Assembly (NCBI GenBank): GCA_043824255.1
Contig: JBDRTG010000047.1
Coordinates: 281,798-345,797 of the forward strand
DNA length: 64,000 nt
From: a bacterium
Lineage (GTDB): Bacteria > JAHJDO01
Reading direction: 5' to 3'
This document shows, in pieces, positions 42,683-53,240 of the stretch (the stretch's first letter is position 1; each line of letters starts with the position of its first letter). The position numbers and the translations under genes are program-made. The notes under the pieces were generated by a model, which was not told where the DNA came from, made no database searches, and was given only the letters and a program-made list of their open reading frames with translations.

Positions 42683-44139
42683 ATATTCTTTCTATATATT
42701 TTACTCGCAATGGGATGTATTTTTGGGAAGTACAATTTTACGGATGTAGAAAGTATAGCCGGAAGGATTTCCTTGTGTTGGAATATGTGCTTAATAACTA
42801 CAATAGGCATTTTTAAAAAATGATTCTTAAATCCACTAATAGTTAATATTTTATCTATCCCTACTCTATCCATAATATAATTCTCATATTCAATTAGTTT
42901 TGTAACATCATGATCCACTGTGTAATATGGAATGGGATTTTCAGTTAGCCAAAAATCATCTTTGATATGATTGGATTTTTTCATTATATCGTATACTTCT
43001 GTACCAGGGTATACCATCAACTTTCCAACCCCAACAACTTTACTATAATACATTTTCTGTACAGTTTGAATAAATTCGGTTGATTCACGAACTGTGTCAT
43101 CATTTTCCCCGGGGAAACCACACATAATAAAAATTACAACAACAAACTTAAATGGTTTTAAAGTTTTAAATAAATTAATTATATCTTTTCGAGTTATGTC
43201 TTTATGAATTGATTTAAGCATTTTTTCAGAGCCTGTTTCTAATCCAAACATAATCAATACAAATCCTGCTTTTTCCATCCAATAAAACATTTCCGATGTT
43301 ACTGGTTTTACTCTTGCACTACATTTGAAAGTGAGTCCCAAGTCTAGTTCAATTATCATTTTACAGAATTCAATAACTCTTAAATTATCAAGTAGGAATG
43401 TGTCATCCAACAATTGTACTTCCTTTAGGCGTGGATACTTTTGTTTTAAATATTTAATTTCATCTACCACTTTAATAATATTACGTTTCCTATAAAGTCG
43501 TTTTGATATTACCTTTAGACAGCAAAAACTACATCTGGAAGGACAACCTCGTGATGTAAAAACACTTCCTGCTATACGGTCTGGTTCATTTTCAAAAAAG
43601 ACTTCATGTTTGGGAAATGGGATTGAATCTAAATCATTAATTAATTCGCTCGGCTCGGTTTGAATAACTTTGCCATCCTTGAAAAATGCAATACCTTTGA
43701 CTGTTTCCAATCTAGTTTTTAATTCAAGCGCCGTTACTAATTCATTTATAGTCAATTCACCTTCACCTATGACAGCGACTACATATGGATATTTCTCAAT
43801 GATTTGTTCATACATTACTGATGTATGAATTCCACCAATAATTATAGGAGTCTGCGGAGAATTTTTATGCAATTTTTCAATGCATCGGAAAGTAGAAACC
43901 CGATTCGAACTGAAAATCTGAAATCCAACGACTTGGGGTTGGAAAGTGGCAAAACATTCAAAAAATTCTTTATCGGAGAACTCTTCAGCGTGATTACTTA
44001 GTGAAAGCAATTTCACTTCATGTCCTTGTTTTTCAAGAACTGAGTATATATATGCCAATCCGATTGCGTATGGTGCATTAACATAGTCGCCATATCGAGA
44101 TGTTGGTTCAGCCGATAATATGGATAGCAACACTTTCAT
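42679..44139 (-). CDS. B12-binding radical SAM protein
   Basis: GLAYI, GGIH, GEGE, SRGCPSRCSFC, GLETGS. Confidence 0.92.
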   Translation of the reverse strand: MKVLLSILSAEPTSRYGDYVNAPYAIGLAYIYSVLEKQGHEVKLLSLSNHAEEFSDKEFFECFATFQPQVVGFQIFSSNRVSTFRCIEKLHKNSPQTPIIIGGIHTSVMYEQIIEKYPYVVAVIGEGELTINELVTALELKTRLETVKGIAFFKDGKVIQTEPSELINDLDSIPFPKHEVFFENEPDRIAGSVFTSRGCPSRCSFCCLKVISKRLYRKRNIIKVVDEIKYLKQKYPRLKEVQLLDDTFLLDNLRVIEFCKMIIELDLGLTFKCSARVKPVTSEMFYWMEKAGFVLIMFGLETGSEKMLKSIHKDITRKDIINLFKTLKPFKFVVVIFIMCGFPGENDDTVRESTEFIQTVQKMYYSKVVGVGKLMVYPGTEVYDIMKKSNHIKDDFWLTENPIPYYTVDHDVTKLIEYENYIMDRVGIDKILTISGFKNHFLKMPIVVIKHIFQHKEILPAILSTSVKLYFPKIHPIASKIYRKNI

Positions 44140-45137
44140 AATAAATCCACTTCAATTTTCTTAAAAACTTCTTTCAATCTATTTAAGTAAGTACTTTCAT
44201 TTATTGTCTTTTTATAACCATTAATAATTATATTCCTTCGCTCTTTCTCATTATCCAAATAATAATTTATTTGAAGCACTAAATCTTCAATAGATGTATA
44301 TATTGCGATTTCTCTACCAATCTCGAAATAATCCTCTAAAGATGGAGCATAATTTGTTAGTTGAAAACCCCCAAAAGCAGGTATTTCAAAATTCCTTGCC
44401 TTGATTTGTTCAATCCTTTTTTTAGCTTTCACAAACTCACGCATGCTTCTAATAGACGAGAAAATATAACGAATATCGTAGGAAGCACTATTTGAGATGT
44501 TCAGATTTATTTTTGAAGTTTTAAAAATCTCGCCCATCTCTTCAAAAGGAACCTTCCCATTTTCCCAACCCGCCCCAAAACATTCAACGTGAATTCCATT
44601 TTTTTCTAATTGCCACACAAGCCACTTCCTATATTCACTGATGCCACCCACAAATGAAATATCGTATTTATATTTTATCGCTTCAAAATCAATATTTTTG
44701 TCGTACTCAAACGATGCCCACTGGCTGAGAATTACATTCTTATAACCTATTTTCTTATATTTACTCAGTGCAAATTTGTCTGTGGTAATTGAATAAGTAA
44801 GATGAGTCGCATAATATTTTGTAAAATTTTTAAATCGCCAATGGTCATCCCCAAACCAGTTCATGGTAATATATCTATTTTTTAAATAGTTCAATGTTTC
44901 AAAAGAGATCTCGTCCCTTATTAAGATAAAGAAAACAACATCGGGGTTAACATCATCGATAAATTTAATAACTCGTTTTTGCAGTTCGTCCTTTTTAATT
45001 AAATATTCATCATACCAAAAAGGATAAACCTCATTTGTTATTTGCTTTAACGCGGAATAAAAACCAGTATATTCTAACGAATCACCACGAGACTTGATGC
45101 CGTAATCATAACGCAGAAATACCGGAACTATTTTCAT
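44136..45137 (-). CDS. CgeB-like glycosyltransferase
   Basis: WFGDD, YDISFVG, SKINLN, KARNFEIP; start 45137 (alternative 45158). Confidence 0.8.
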   Translation of the reverse strand: MKIVPVFLRYDYGIKSRGDSLEYTGFYSALKQITNEVYPFWYDEYLIKKDELQKRVIKFIDDVNPDVVFFILIRDEISFETLNYLKNRYITMNWFGDDHWRFKNFTKYYATHLTYSITTDKFALSKYKKIGYKNVILSQWASFEYDKNIDFEAIKYKYDISFVGGISEYRKWLVWQLEKNGIHVECFGAGWENGKVPFEEMGEIFKTSKINLNISNSASYDIRYIFSSIRSMREFVKAKKRIEQIKARNFEIPAFGGFQLTNYAPSLEDYFEIGREIAIYTSIEDLVLQINYYLDNEKERRNIIINGYKKTINESTYLNRLKEVFKKIEVDLL

Positions 45138-45205
45138 TTGATCATCCACTCTTTTCAAAGGTTTTGTAGTTTGTCATAGACCTACTACACCCATATATTT
45201 GAGAT

Positions 45206-46474
45206 TTATTTATTTAATGAAAGATTGTATGCTTTTATACATTCAAGTATCTCTAATCGTTTTTGTTTTAACTCTTCATTAGTTACGGTGTCGTGCGTAT
45301 AAACGAAATCTTTTTTTGCTTCATCCCCATATAACCCTAAAGTCATGACATAATCGCTAAAATTTGTATTTAAAATTCTCATGTTATACTTAGAGGGGTT
45401 ATTGTATATGTCGCATCCGGGGAAAGGAACGAATGTGGACAAATCAACTCCGTCTGGCTTTGTTTCTTCAATAAATCCGATTATATTCTTGGCTACATCC
45501 CTGTCCTGTCCTGGTAATCCTATCATAAAGAAAAGCCTAATTTTTAATCCAACTTCTTTCGCATTTTTTATTGCAGCATATATATCCTTCGCTTTTACTA
45601 TCTTATTACTTATTGTCAATACCTTTTCTGAGGGGTCTTCTATTCCATAATCAATCTCATAACAGCCTGCTTTGTACATAGCTTCAAGAACATCCTTCTG
45701 TGAATTTTTTACCCAAGCGTTGGCTCTCCAGTGAATATTCAGTGGTTCCATCTTCGTGCATAACTCGAATAACCAGTTTTTATTAAGTGCTATCGTATCA
45801 TCATGGAATCTGAAGTGATAAACATTGTATCTTTCAATAATTTCCTTAATTTCAGTGATAACATTATCTGGGCTTCTAAATCGGACTCTTCTTCCCCACA
45901 TGGCTTTGGAAGCGCAAAAAGCACAATTGTAAGGGCAGCCTCTGGTAGCGATAAGGGCAGTTGCTGGCTTACTCTTAACACACAAATTTGTATTAAACAC
46001 AGAATCAAAAGGCAGCAGATGTCTTGCTGGAAAAGGTAGGGAATCCAAATCTTCTATAAGTGGGCTGACATAATATTCTTTTTTAACGCCTTTCTCGTAA
46101 TCTTTTAGTAAATTCAGCATGGACAATTCCCCTTCCCCAATTACAACACGGTCAAAAAGAGTATCCAAATTGTTGCTCTGTGTTGTAGCGTGAAAGCCTC
46201 CAAGGACAATCAGGGATTTTTTGTCTCTGGCTTTCAAATTATAAGCTATCTTTACTGCCAGTGGATATTCTGGTGTTGTTGCTGTAAGTCCATAAATATT
46301 TGCATAGGGTATTCTGTTCGTCCATTTGTCCTCATCCAAATCCCTTAAATCAACTAATTCAATATTATAGCCTTGTTTCTCCAAAAAAGAAGCGATATAC
46401 ATTATTCCCAGTGGTGGATTTCTCTTTTGCTCTCCCAGAAAAGGAGAAGGTGGAATTATTAAAACTATTTTCAT
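45206..46474 (-). CDS. B12-binding radical SAM protein
   Basis: PPLGIMYIAS, GGFHAT, GEGE, TRGCPYNCAFC. Confidence 0.92.
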   Translation of the reverse strand: MKIVLIIPPSPFLGEQKRNPPLGIMYIASFLEKQGYNIELVDLRDLDEDKWTNRIPYANIYGLTATTPEYPLAVKIAYNLKARDKKSLIVLGGFHATTQSNNLDTLFDRVVIGEGELSMLNLLKDYEKGVKKEYYVSPLIEDLDSLPFPARHLLPFDSVFNTNLCVKSKPATALIATRGCPYNCAFCASKAMWGRRVRFRSPDNVITEIKEIIERYNVYHFRFHDDTIALNKNWLFELCTKMEPLNIHWRANAWVKNSQKDVLEAMYKAGCYEIDYGIEDPSEKVLTISNKIVKAKDIYAAIKNAKEVGLKIRLFFMIGLPGQDRDVAKNIIGFIEETKPDGVDLSTFVPFPGCDIYNNPSKYNMRILNTNFSDYVMTLGLYGDEAKKDFVYTHDTVTNEELKQKRLEILECIKAYNLSLNK

Positions 46475-46488
46475 TTGTGCAAATCCGT

Positions 46489-47901
46489 TTAATATTTTCT
46501 TTGCAGTAACTTAAAAAGCTTTTGTGTGTTTGAGATAGGTGCCCTTAAAAAATATTGCATTCCTTTTAAAACAAAATATGGCTTTCCCCGCATTGAAAAG
46601 GTTGCCATTCGTATTTTAGCGTAAAATTGCCACAACTCATTATAAGAAGATTCCGCTGTGTAACGAGGCACATCGTTATCGGTCAGCCAATAGTCATCAT
46701 TAATTGCTTTTTTAGCTTTCATTAGATCATAGACTTCCGTTTTGGGGTACACCCAAAGGATAGCAACACCGTGATTCTTGAATCGCCTTATATTATACAA
46801 TTCCTTTAAAAAGCTTATAGTCTCATTCACTGTATCAATACTTTCTCCAGGGAAACCTACTATTAAATACGCAACGATATTAATATCTTTTATATTTTTT
46901 AGCATGCCAAATGTTTCTTTAGCATCCTCCTGTGTTATATTCTTGTGAATACTCTTTAATAACTTTTTACTGCCTGTTTCTAAGCCGAATCCTATAGAGA
47001 TAAAACCTGCTTTTTCCATAAGCTCAAACATTTCCACGCTGGCTGGTTTTATTCTTGCCGAACAGCTAAATTTAATTTTGATCTTCCGTTTTATAATTTC
47101 TTTACATAAATCGATTACTCTTTGTTGATTGAGATTGAAAGTATCATCTGCAACCTGGATCAATTTTATATTTTTAAAATTATTTACAATATACTCTACT
47201 TCACTAACTATGTTTGCCACAGACCTTTCTCTATATATTCTCTTGGAAATAGTATGCAAACAACAGAAACTGCACTTAAAAGGACATCCCCTGCTCGTCA
47301 GTATGCAAGCCATTATTCTTTTTGGCGTAATGAATAATTCATGTTTGGGAAATGGTATTTTGTCTAAATTCTCAATTAATTTTCTGTCACTATTTTTTAC
47401 AATATTTCCGTTTAAGCTATATGCGATACCTTTTACATTGCTTACGTCTTTTCGAGTGTCCAATGCACTTAATAATTCAAGGATGGTTTCTTCTCCTTCA
47501 CCTAAAACAACGTAATCGATCTCAAAATTCTTTAATAACTGTTCAAACATAATCGTGGCATGTACCCCACCAATAATTATTTTAATATCTTTATTTACTT
47601 CCTTTGCCAGTTTAAAAATGCGGTAACTGGAAACTCGATTCATAGTAAACATTTGCATTAAAAGATAATCGGGCCGAAAGTTTATCAGATTAGACTTGAT
47701 ATCATCTACCGAGATACTTTCATCAGCCGTATTATAATTTTGGGTCTTAATACAGTAACCGGCTCTCTCTATAACAGAATGTAGATATGCTAATCCAAGG
47801 CCGTATGAATTTTCATAGTCGCGGATCGATTTTATTTTAAAATTTTCCTCAAAAGGGGTGCTTAGCAAAAATACTCTTTTCATAATCTGCCTCAATAGCA
47901 T
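46489..47901 (-). CDS. B12-binding radical SAM protein
   Basis: GLAYL, GGVHAT, GEGE, SRGCPFKCSFC; start may be 47883. Confidence 0.92.
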   Translation of the reverse strand: MLLRQIMKRVFLLSTPFEENFKIKSIRDYENSYGLGLAYLHSVIERAGYCIKTQNYNTADESISVDDIKSNLINFRPDYLLMQMFTMNRVSSYRIFKLAKEVNKDIKIIIGGVHATIMFEQLLKNFEIDYVVLGEGEETILELLSALDTRKDVSNVKGIAYSLNGNIVKNSDRKLIENLDKIPFPKHELFITPKRIMACILTSRGCPFKCSFCCLHTISKRIYRERSVANIVSEVEYIVNNFKNIKLIQVADDTFNLNQQRVIDLCKEIIKRKIKIKFSCSARIKPASVEMFELMEKAGFISIGFGLETGSKKLLKSIHKNITQEDAKETFGMLKNIKDINIVAYLIVGFPGESIDTVNETISFLKELYNIRRFKNHGVAILWVYPKTEVYDLMKAKKAINDDYWLTDNDVPRYTAESSYNELWQFYAKIRMATFSMRGKPYFVLKGMQYFLRAPISNTQKLFKLLQRKY

Positions 47902-47936
47902 GACATATTATAGTTTATTTCCGAAAAAGTTATTTA

Positions 47937-48707
47937 TTACTTCAATAGTTCTTTATTGCTATGCAGCTCTTTATAGCCTTCTAAGACAGTATTTGAGATA
48001 ACCATCAAAATTTGTTTGCCGTCGTCATTTACATATAAATAGATACTTTCCCATGGAAAATCCGGCTCTTTTGATATTTTTCTTATGTCTTCATAGAAAT
48101 TATGTCTGCCCCAGTTTTCCATTAAAACTATGTATTTTTTTGAGGTGTAAAAAATGTTCCTTAATGCATTTAAGTGGCGGTTATTTCTCTGAATATGCAT
48201 AATAACCGCGTGAGTATAAACCAAATCCACTTTTATACTGGGTGAAGAAATAGTTATATCATGAACAAATAAGTTTGTAGTGGTAGTGATTTTTAATTCA
48301 GGATGCCGAGATAGAAGAAATCTCACATGGTCTTCTAAAAGGTCGCAGCCGCTAATTTCGATTTCGGGTAGCATCTTTTGAATGTTAGCAAGATGGTCCC
48401 CGCATCCACATCCAACCTCTAATAATGAATTTGGATTTAAATCGTATATTGTTTCATACAATAATTTATGATTAGGATGAAGGGGTAGTAAAGAGGTCTC
48501 TAATACTATTTTCCCATTGACTATAGAATACTTCCCATCAGGCAAAATCAAGGTATTTTCTTTCATTACTTCAGAAATTTGTTTAGAGTATTCTTTAGTA
48601 TATTCTGACCATTCAAAATCATCTTTATTCTGTATTCGCAATTTAAATTTGTATAAAAGGGCTACTGCTCTTTCGGGAAGACACCTTTTAATTACTCTTT
48701 TAATCAT
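47937..48707 (-). CDS. Class I SAM-dependent methyltransferase
   Basis: LLEVGCGCG, GCD, DLVYTHAVIMHI. Confidence 0.8.
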   Translation of the reverse strand: MIKRVIKRCLPERAVALLYKFKLRIQNKDDFEWSEYTKEYSKQISEVMKENTLILPDGKYSIVNGKIVLETSLLPLHPNHKLLYETIYDLNPNSLLEVGCGCGDHLANIQKMLPEIEISGCDLLEDHVRFLLSRHPELKITTTTNLFVHDITISSPSIKVDLVYTHAVIMHIQRNNRHLNALRNIFYTSKKYIVLMENWGRHNFYEDIRKISKEPDFPWESIYLYVNDDGKQILMVISNTVLEGYKELHSNKELLK

Positions 48708-50020
48708 CTCTGCCCTCCCAAAAATCTATCAATAACTTTAACTACATAATCCAATTTCTCTTTTGTTATTCCTGGATAAACTCCAATCCAGAACAGATTA
48801 TTCATAACTAAGTCTGTATTCTTCAAATCTCCAAAAACCTTATACTTTGCATTCTTATAAGCAGGCTGTTTTATCAAATTCCCACCAAAAAGCATTCTGG
48901 TAGCAACTTTGTTCTTTTCTAAATAGCGCACCCAGTCATTTCTTGTAAATGGGGCATTTCCCTTTATCAGAATTGGGAATCCGAACCAGCTTGGATCAGA
49001 ATTTTTTGTTGTCTGAGGCAAAACAAAATAATTTTCATACTTCTTTAATTTATTATAAAGAACTTTGAAGTTTTCTTTTCTCTTTTCAACGAAGCTAGGA
49101 AGCTTTTTTAGCTGTTCTACTCCTATTGCAGCTTGCATGTCGGTAATCTTTAAATTATAACCGATGTGTGAATAGATATATTTATGGTCATAGTCATGCG
49201 GAAGCTTATCAAAGTGACAGGAAAACCTTTTCCCGCAGGTATTATCATACCCTGGTTCACACCAACAATCTCTTCCCCAATCCCTGAAAGAAAGAATGAT
49301 TTTTTTTAGCAGTGGGTCGCTCGTCAGAACAGCTCCGCCCTCTCCCATCGTTATGTGATGCGCTGGATAAAAACTACAAGTGGATATATGACCAAAACTC
49401 CCTGTAAACTTGCCTTTGTATTTAGAGCCCAAACTGTCGCAGTTGTCCTCAATCAGAAACAAGTTACGTTTTTTAACTATCTTCATAATCTTGTCAATTT
49501 CGGCTGGATTGCCTAATGTATGAGCAATAAAAACAGCTTTAGTCCTTTTTGTAATTGCTTTTTTAATTTTATCTGCCTGAATATTGTAAGTCCCTAAATC
49601 AACATCAATAAAAACTGGAATTAAATTATTTTGGATTATCGGATTTAGTGTAGTAGGAAAACCGCAGGCTATAGTAATAACTTCATCTCCAGCTTTTAAT
49701 CTCCTCTCTTTGAGTAACGGTGAAGTTAAGGCAGAAATTGCGAGCAAATTTGCTGACGAGCCGGAATTGGTCAATAAGCAATATTTTACACCAAGAAATT
49801 TGGCAAGCTCTTTTTCAAATTCTTTTGCGTATCTCCCTGTAGTAAGCCAGAAATCAAGAGAAGCATCTACTAAATTTATTATTTCTTTTTCGTCATGAAC
49901 TCGTCCTGCATATTTAATTTGGGTCTCTCCTGGGATAAATTTCTGATCTGAAATTCTTAGTTGGTGCAATTCCCTAATTTTAGCAAAAACACTTTTTCTA
50001 ATTTCTTTTTCTGTTCTCAT
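48704..50020 (-). CDS. rfbH: CDP-4-keto-6-deoxyglucose 3-dehydrase (E1/DdhC)
   Basis: NSGSSANL, EDNCD, SFYPAHHITMGEGG, DCWC.....NTC, YDHKY. Confidence 0.93.
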   Translation of the reverse strand: MRTEKEIRKSVFAKIRELHQLRISDQKFIPGETQIKYAGRVHDEKEIINLVDASLDFWLTTGRYAKEFEKELAKFLGVKYCLLTNSGSSANLLAISALTSPLLKERRLKAGDEVITIACGFPTTLNPIIQNNLIPVFIDVDLGTYNIQADKIKKAITKRTKAVFIAHTLGNPAEIDKIMKIVKKRNLFLIEDNCDSLGSKYKGKFTGSFGHISTCSFYPAHHITMGEGGAVLTSDPLLKKIILSFRDWGRDCWCEPGYDNTCGKRFSCHFDKLPHDYDHKYIYSHIGYNLKITDMQAAIGVEQLKKLPSFVEKRKENFKVLYNKLKKYENYFVLPQTTKNSDPSWFGFPILIKGNAPFTRNDWVRYLEKNKVATRMLFGGNLIKQPAYKNAKYKVFGDLKNTDLVMNNLFWIGVYPGITKEKLDYVVKVIDRFLGGQR

Positions 50021-50085
50021 TGTCTACTTTCCTTTTGTGGAGTAATACTGCTTTGAAATGCTATTCAGCACCACGAATTCGACAG

Positions 50086-51033
50086 CTATTCATATAAACC
50101 AATATTGTTTTTAAACCAGTTTATTGTTCTTTCCAACCCTTGGTCTAAATTATATTTTGGCTGCCAGCCAAGCTCTTTTTTTGCCTTAGAAATATCCGCT
50201 TGCCAAACATTTGGTTCATTTGATCGTTTTGGAGTTTTACCCAATTCTGGTTTAACGTTATTTCCGGTTACTCTAATAATTTCATCAACTATTTTCCTCA
50301 CTGAATGCTGCTTACCAAAACCGATATTAAATATTTGCCCTGCAACTTTATCTTTACTCTCAGCTGTTTTAATATAAGCATCCATAACATCCTCAATAAA
50401 AACGAAATCTCTTACAGATTTCGAAGATGAAACTTTTGGGCTTTTCTCAATTAGACACGATATAATTACCGAAGAAACTAAGCGTTTCGCCTCTTCATAA
50501 TACCCGTATGGAGAAAAAAGCCTTAACGTCGCGATTGGTAATTTTTCGCTTCTGGCTTTTGTCTGGCAGAATAAAGTCGCTGAAGCCTTACTAACACCAT
50601 AATCGTTACGCGGCTCAAGCAAATCTGATTCTTTCATAGGATTATGCTTTAAACCGTACTCAGAAGAAGTTCCCGTATTGACGAAAACATCAAATCCAAC
50701 TTTTGAGCAAGCATTTACCAAATTTATTGTTCCCATAATATTGGTTTGAATAATTCTATCAGCATCTCTTTGAAAAGGATAACCACCATAAACTGCCGTA
50801 TGAAATATTATCTCTGGTTTTATATCTAGAATAATTTTCTCCAATTTCTCATAATCCAACAAATCTACACAATATTGATTAACAGAACTTGTAAGATCAT
50901 TTATCCGCCATTTATCTGAAGTAGGCCGGGTAAAAATATATACCTTTGCACCATCATTGACACAACGACGTACAAGATTTGCTCCGATAAATCCGGTTGC
51001 ACCACTAATCAATACTTTTTTATTTTTTATCAT
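50086..51033 (-). CDS. NDP-sugar reductase/epimerase (extended SDR; possibly a 3,6-dideoxyhexose 4-reductase)
   Basis: GATGFIG, TSSEYG, YGVSK; adjacent to rfbH. Confidence 0.75.
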   Translation of the reverse strand: MIKNKKVLISGATGFIGANLVRRCVNDGAKVYIFTRPTSDKWRINDLTSSVNQYCVDLLDYEKLEKIILDIKPEIIFHTAVYGGYPFQRDADRIIQTNIMGTINLVNACSKVGFDVFVNTGTSSEYGLKHNPMKESDLLEPRNDYGVSKASATLFCQTKARSEKLPIATLRLFSPYGYYEEAKRLVSSVIISCLIEKSPKVSSSKSVRDFVFIEDVMDAYIKTAESKDKVAGQIFNIGFGKQHSVRKIVDEIIRVTGNNVKPELGKTPKRSNEPNVWQADISKAKKELGWQPKYNLDQGLERTINWFKNNIGLYE

Positions 51034-51034
51034 C

Positions 51035-52003
51035 TTAGAAATAATTACTATACCACTCAATAGTTTGTTTCAACCCTTCACTTAATCTAATCTTAGCCTC
51101 AAAGCCGATTTTCTCTTTAGCTTTTCTTGTATCACAATTCCTTCTCGGTTGCCCTTCGGGTTTAGAGGCATCAAAAATCACCTTGGGATTTTTGCCCGAA
51201 AGTTTAAGAAGAAGATTTACCAAATCTTTTATCTTAATTTCTTCGTCAGTTCCAATATTTATTGGATCAGGAACAGGATATTTCTCAATCGCTTCCACCA
51301 ATCCTCTGGCAAAATCTTCAACATATAAAAAGGCGCGAGACTGATTTCCGCTTCCCCATACAACTAACGGATTTTCTCCATCAAAAATTCTTTTTATTAA
51401 AGCTGGAATAACATGAGATTTCCCCGGATCAAAGTGATCCCGTGGGCCATAGCAGTTATAAGGCCTCACTACGCCAATTTTCATTCCAAATTCCTGAGCG
51501 TAGAGTCTTCCCTGCACTTCAGCCATTCTCTTGGCCCAGCCATAACCTTCATTGGTTGGCTCGGGTACGCCCTCAAAACCCTCTTCTTCTGGTGTCGGAA
51601 TAAAGCAATCACGCCGATAGATACAAGCGGAACTAATCACCAAGAATCTTTCAACACCCGCTTTTCGAGCTGCTTCGAGACTATTAACATTTATTAGGAC
51701 ATTATCTCGAAACATTGTTCCCAAATGAAGCTGGTTAAATTCAATTCCCCCCACCTTAGCTGCAAGGTGAAAAACAACTTCTTGCTTTTTATAGACCTCT
51801 TTTACTCTTTCAAAGTCTCCTAAATTGGCCTTTATAAATTCTATTTTACCTTTCACTTTGCCTAGGTTTTTGAGACTACTATTCTCTAAATTGTCAACTA
51901 TTCTCACTATTGCTTTTTGAGCAACTAACATTTCTACCAAATGTGAACCGACAAAACCTGCTCCACCAGTGACCAAAACTTTCTTGTTTTCCCAGAAATT
52001 CAT
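51035..52003 (-). CDS. GDP-L-fucose/colitose synthase-like epimerase-reductase
   Basis: AAKVGGI, SSACIY, YGWAK, SHVIPAL. Confidence 0.8.
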   Translation of the reverse strand: MNFWENKKVLVTGGAGFVGSHLVEMLVAQKAIVRIVDNLENSSLKNLGKVKGKIEFIKANLGDFERVKEVYKKQEVVFHLAAKVGGIEFNQLHLGTMFRDNVLINVNSLEAARKAGVERFLVISSACIYRRDCFIPTPEEEGFEGVPEPTNEGYGWAKRMAEVQGRLYAQEFGMKIGVVRPYNCYGPRDHFDPGKSHVIPALIKRIFDGENPLVVWGSGNQSRAFLYVEDFARGLVEAIEKYPVPDPINIGTDEEIKIKDLVNLLLKLSGKNPKVIFDASKPEGQPRRNCDTRKAKEKIGFEAKIRLSEGLKQTIEWYSNYF

Positions 52004-52004
52004 T

Positions 52005-53240
52005 TCACACCTCTTCCAAAATCTTCTGAAAAACCCTAACAATATATTCTAAATCTTCCTCTTCAAGATACTGATGACAACCAACGTAAAATCCATTCTT
52101 CCCAATATAATCTGCATTTGGTAATTTATCTTTATATTCCTCCTTCAAATATCCATATGCCGGTTGCTGAGTAGGAATGCATCCGAAGAGAGGCCTGGTT
52201 TCTACCCCAAATTTCTCTAATTTCCCTCGTAGTTCTTTTCTACTAATTACATCCGGTTTTTTGATAACTAAAGGGTATGCGAGGTAACTCACTTCATTAG
52301 AATATAAGGGTAGTTGGAGAATCTCTTTATACTCTTCAAGTTCTGTATTTAGATATCTGACATTTCTCTGCCGTTTGGCAATAATTTTGTCAACATTTTT
52401 AATCTGGATGAGGGCTAAAGCAGCCTGAAACTCCATGGTCTTAAAGTTGTAGCCTATTAAATCATGGGTAAACCTGGGATCAAAATCGTCTTTCCCATGA
52501 TAGGCTTTAAGCTGTGGACAGCAACCTTCACTTCGCGTACAGACTAAACAGTCACAGGCTCTTCCCTGAGCCTTGATCTTTCTTGCCAGGCGATCAATCT
52601 CTAAATCATTAGTCACTATAGCGCCCATCTCTCCTGCCTGAATATTGTGAGCGATGTAAAATGAATAATCTGCTAATAGCGCCTGCGAACCAGCCTTGTG
52701 ACCTTTATATACTGTCCCATGTGCTTGAGCAGGATCTTCAAATACTAAAAGTCCATACTTTTCTGCTATCTTGTTGATTTTATCAATTTCTACGGGAAAT
52801 CCCATCAGGTCAACTGGCAGAATAATAGCATGTTTGTCTAAATCTTTAACTTGTTCTAAATATGCTTCAATTGCTTTGGCAGTGATATTAAAGGTTAATG
52901 GATCAACATCAACATATACCGGATCAAATCCTACTACACTGATGGCTGAACTATCGGCAATGTAAGTAAGAGGAGTGGTAATAACTTTTGTTCCTATAGA
53001 CAGGTTTCTACAATATTTCAAAGCGGTCAAGCCAACAATTAAAGCACCAGAACCAGAACTTGTGGCAATACAATATTTTGCTCCTATATACTTCGCCCAT
53101 TTTTGCTCAAATTCCCTAACTCTCATCCCCTCAGAAAGCCTTCTTGAATCTAGAACTCCATTTATTGCCTCTCTATCTTCTAGACCAATGCGAAAGTCTC
53201 CCACATTAATTCTTTTATTTTGCATAATTCTGCCCTTCAC
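52005..53240 (-). CDS. DegT/DnrJ family B6 enzyme, His-type (ColD/E1-like 3-dehydratase)
   Basis: SFYIAHNIQAGEMG (His at the Schiff-base Lys position); Cys-rich insert ACDCLVCTRSEGCC. Confidence 0.75.
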   Translation of the reverse strand: MKGRIMQNKRINVGDFRIGLEDREAINGVLDSRRLSEGMRVREFEQKWAKYIGAKYCIATSSGSGALIVGLTALKYCRNLSIGTKVITTPLTYIADSSAISVVGFDPVYVDVDPLTFNITAKAIEAYLEQVKDLDKHAIILPVDLMGFPVEIDKINKIAEKYGLLVFEDPAQAHGTVYKGHKAGSQALLADYSFYIAHNIQAGEMGAIVTNDLEIDRLARKIKAQGRACDCLVCTRSEGCCPQLKAYHGKDDFDPRFTHDLIGYNFKTMEFQAALALIQIKNVDKIIAKRQRNVRYLNTELEEYKEILQLPLYSNEVSYLAYPLVIKKPDVISRKELRGKLEKFGVETRPLFGCIPTQQPAYGYLKEEYKDKLPNADYIGKNGFYVGCHQYLEEEDLEYIVRVFQKILEEV

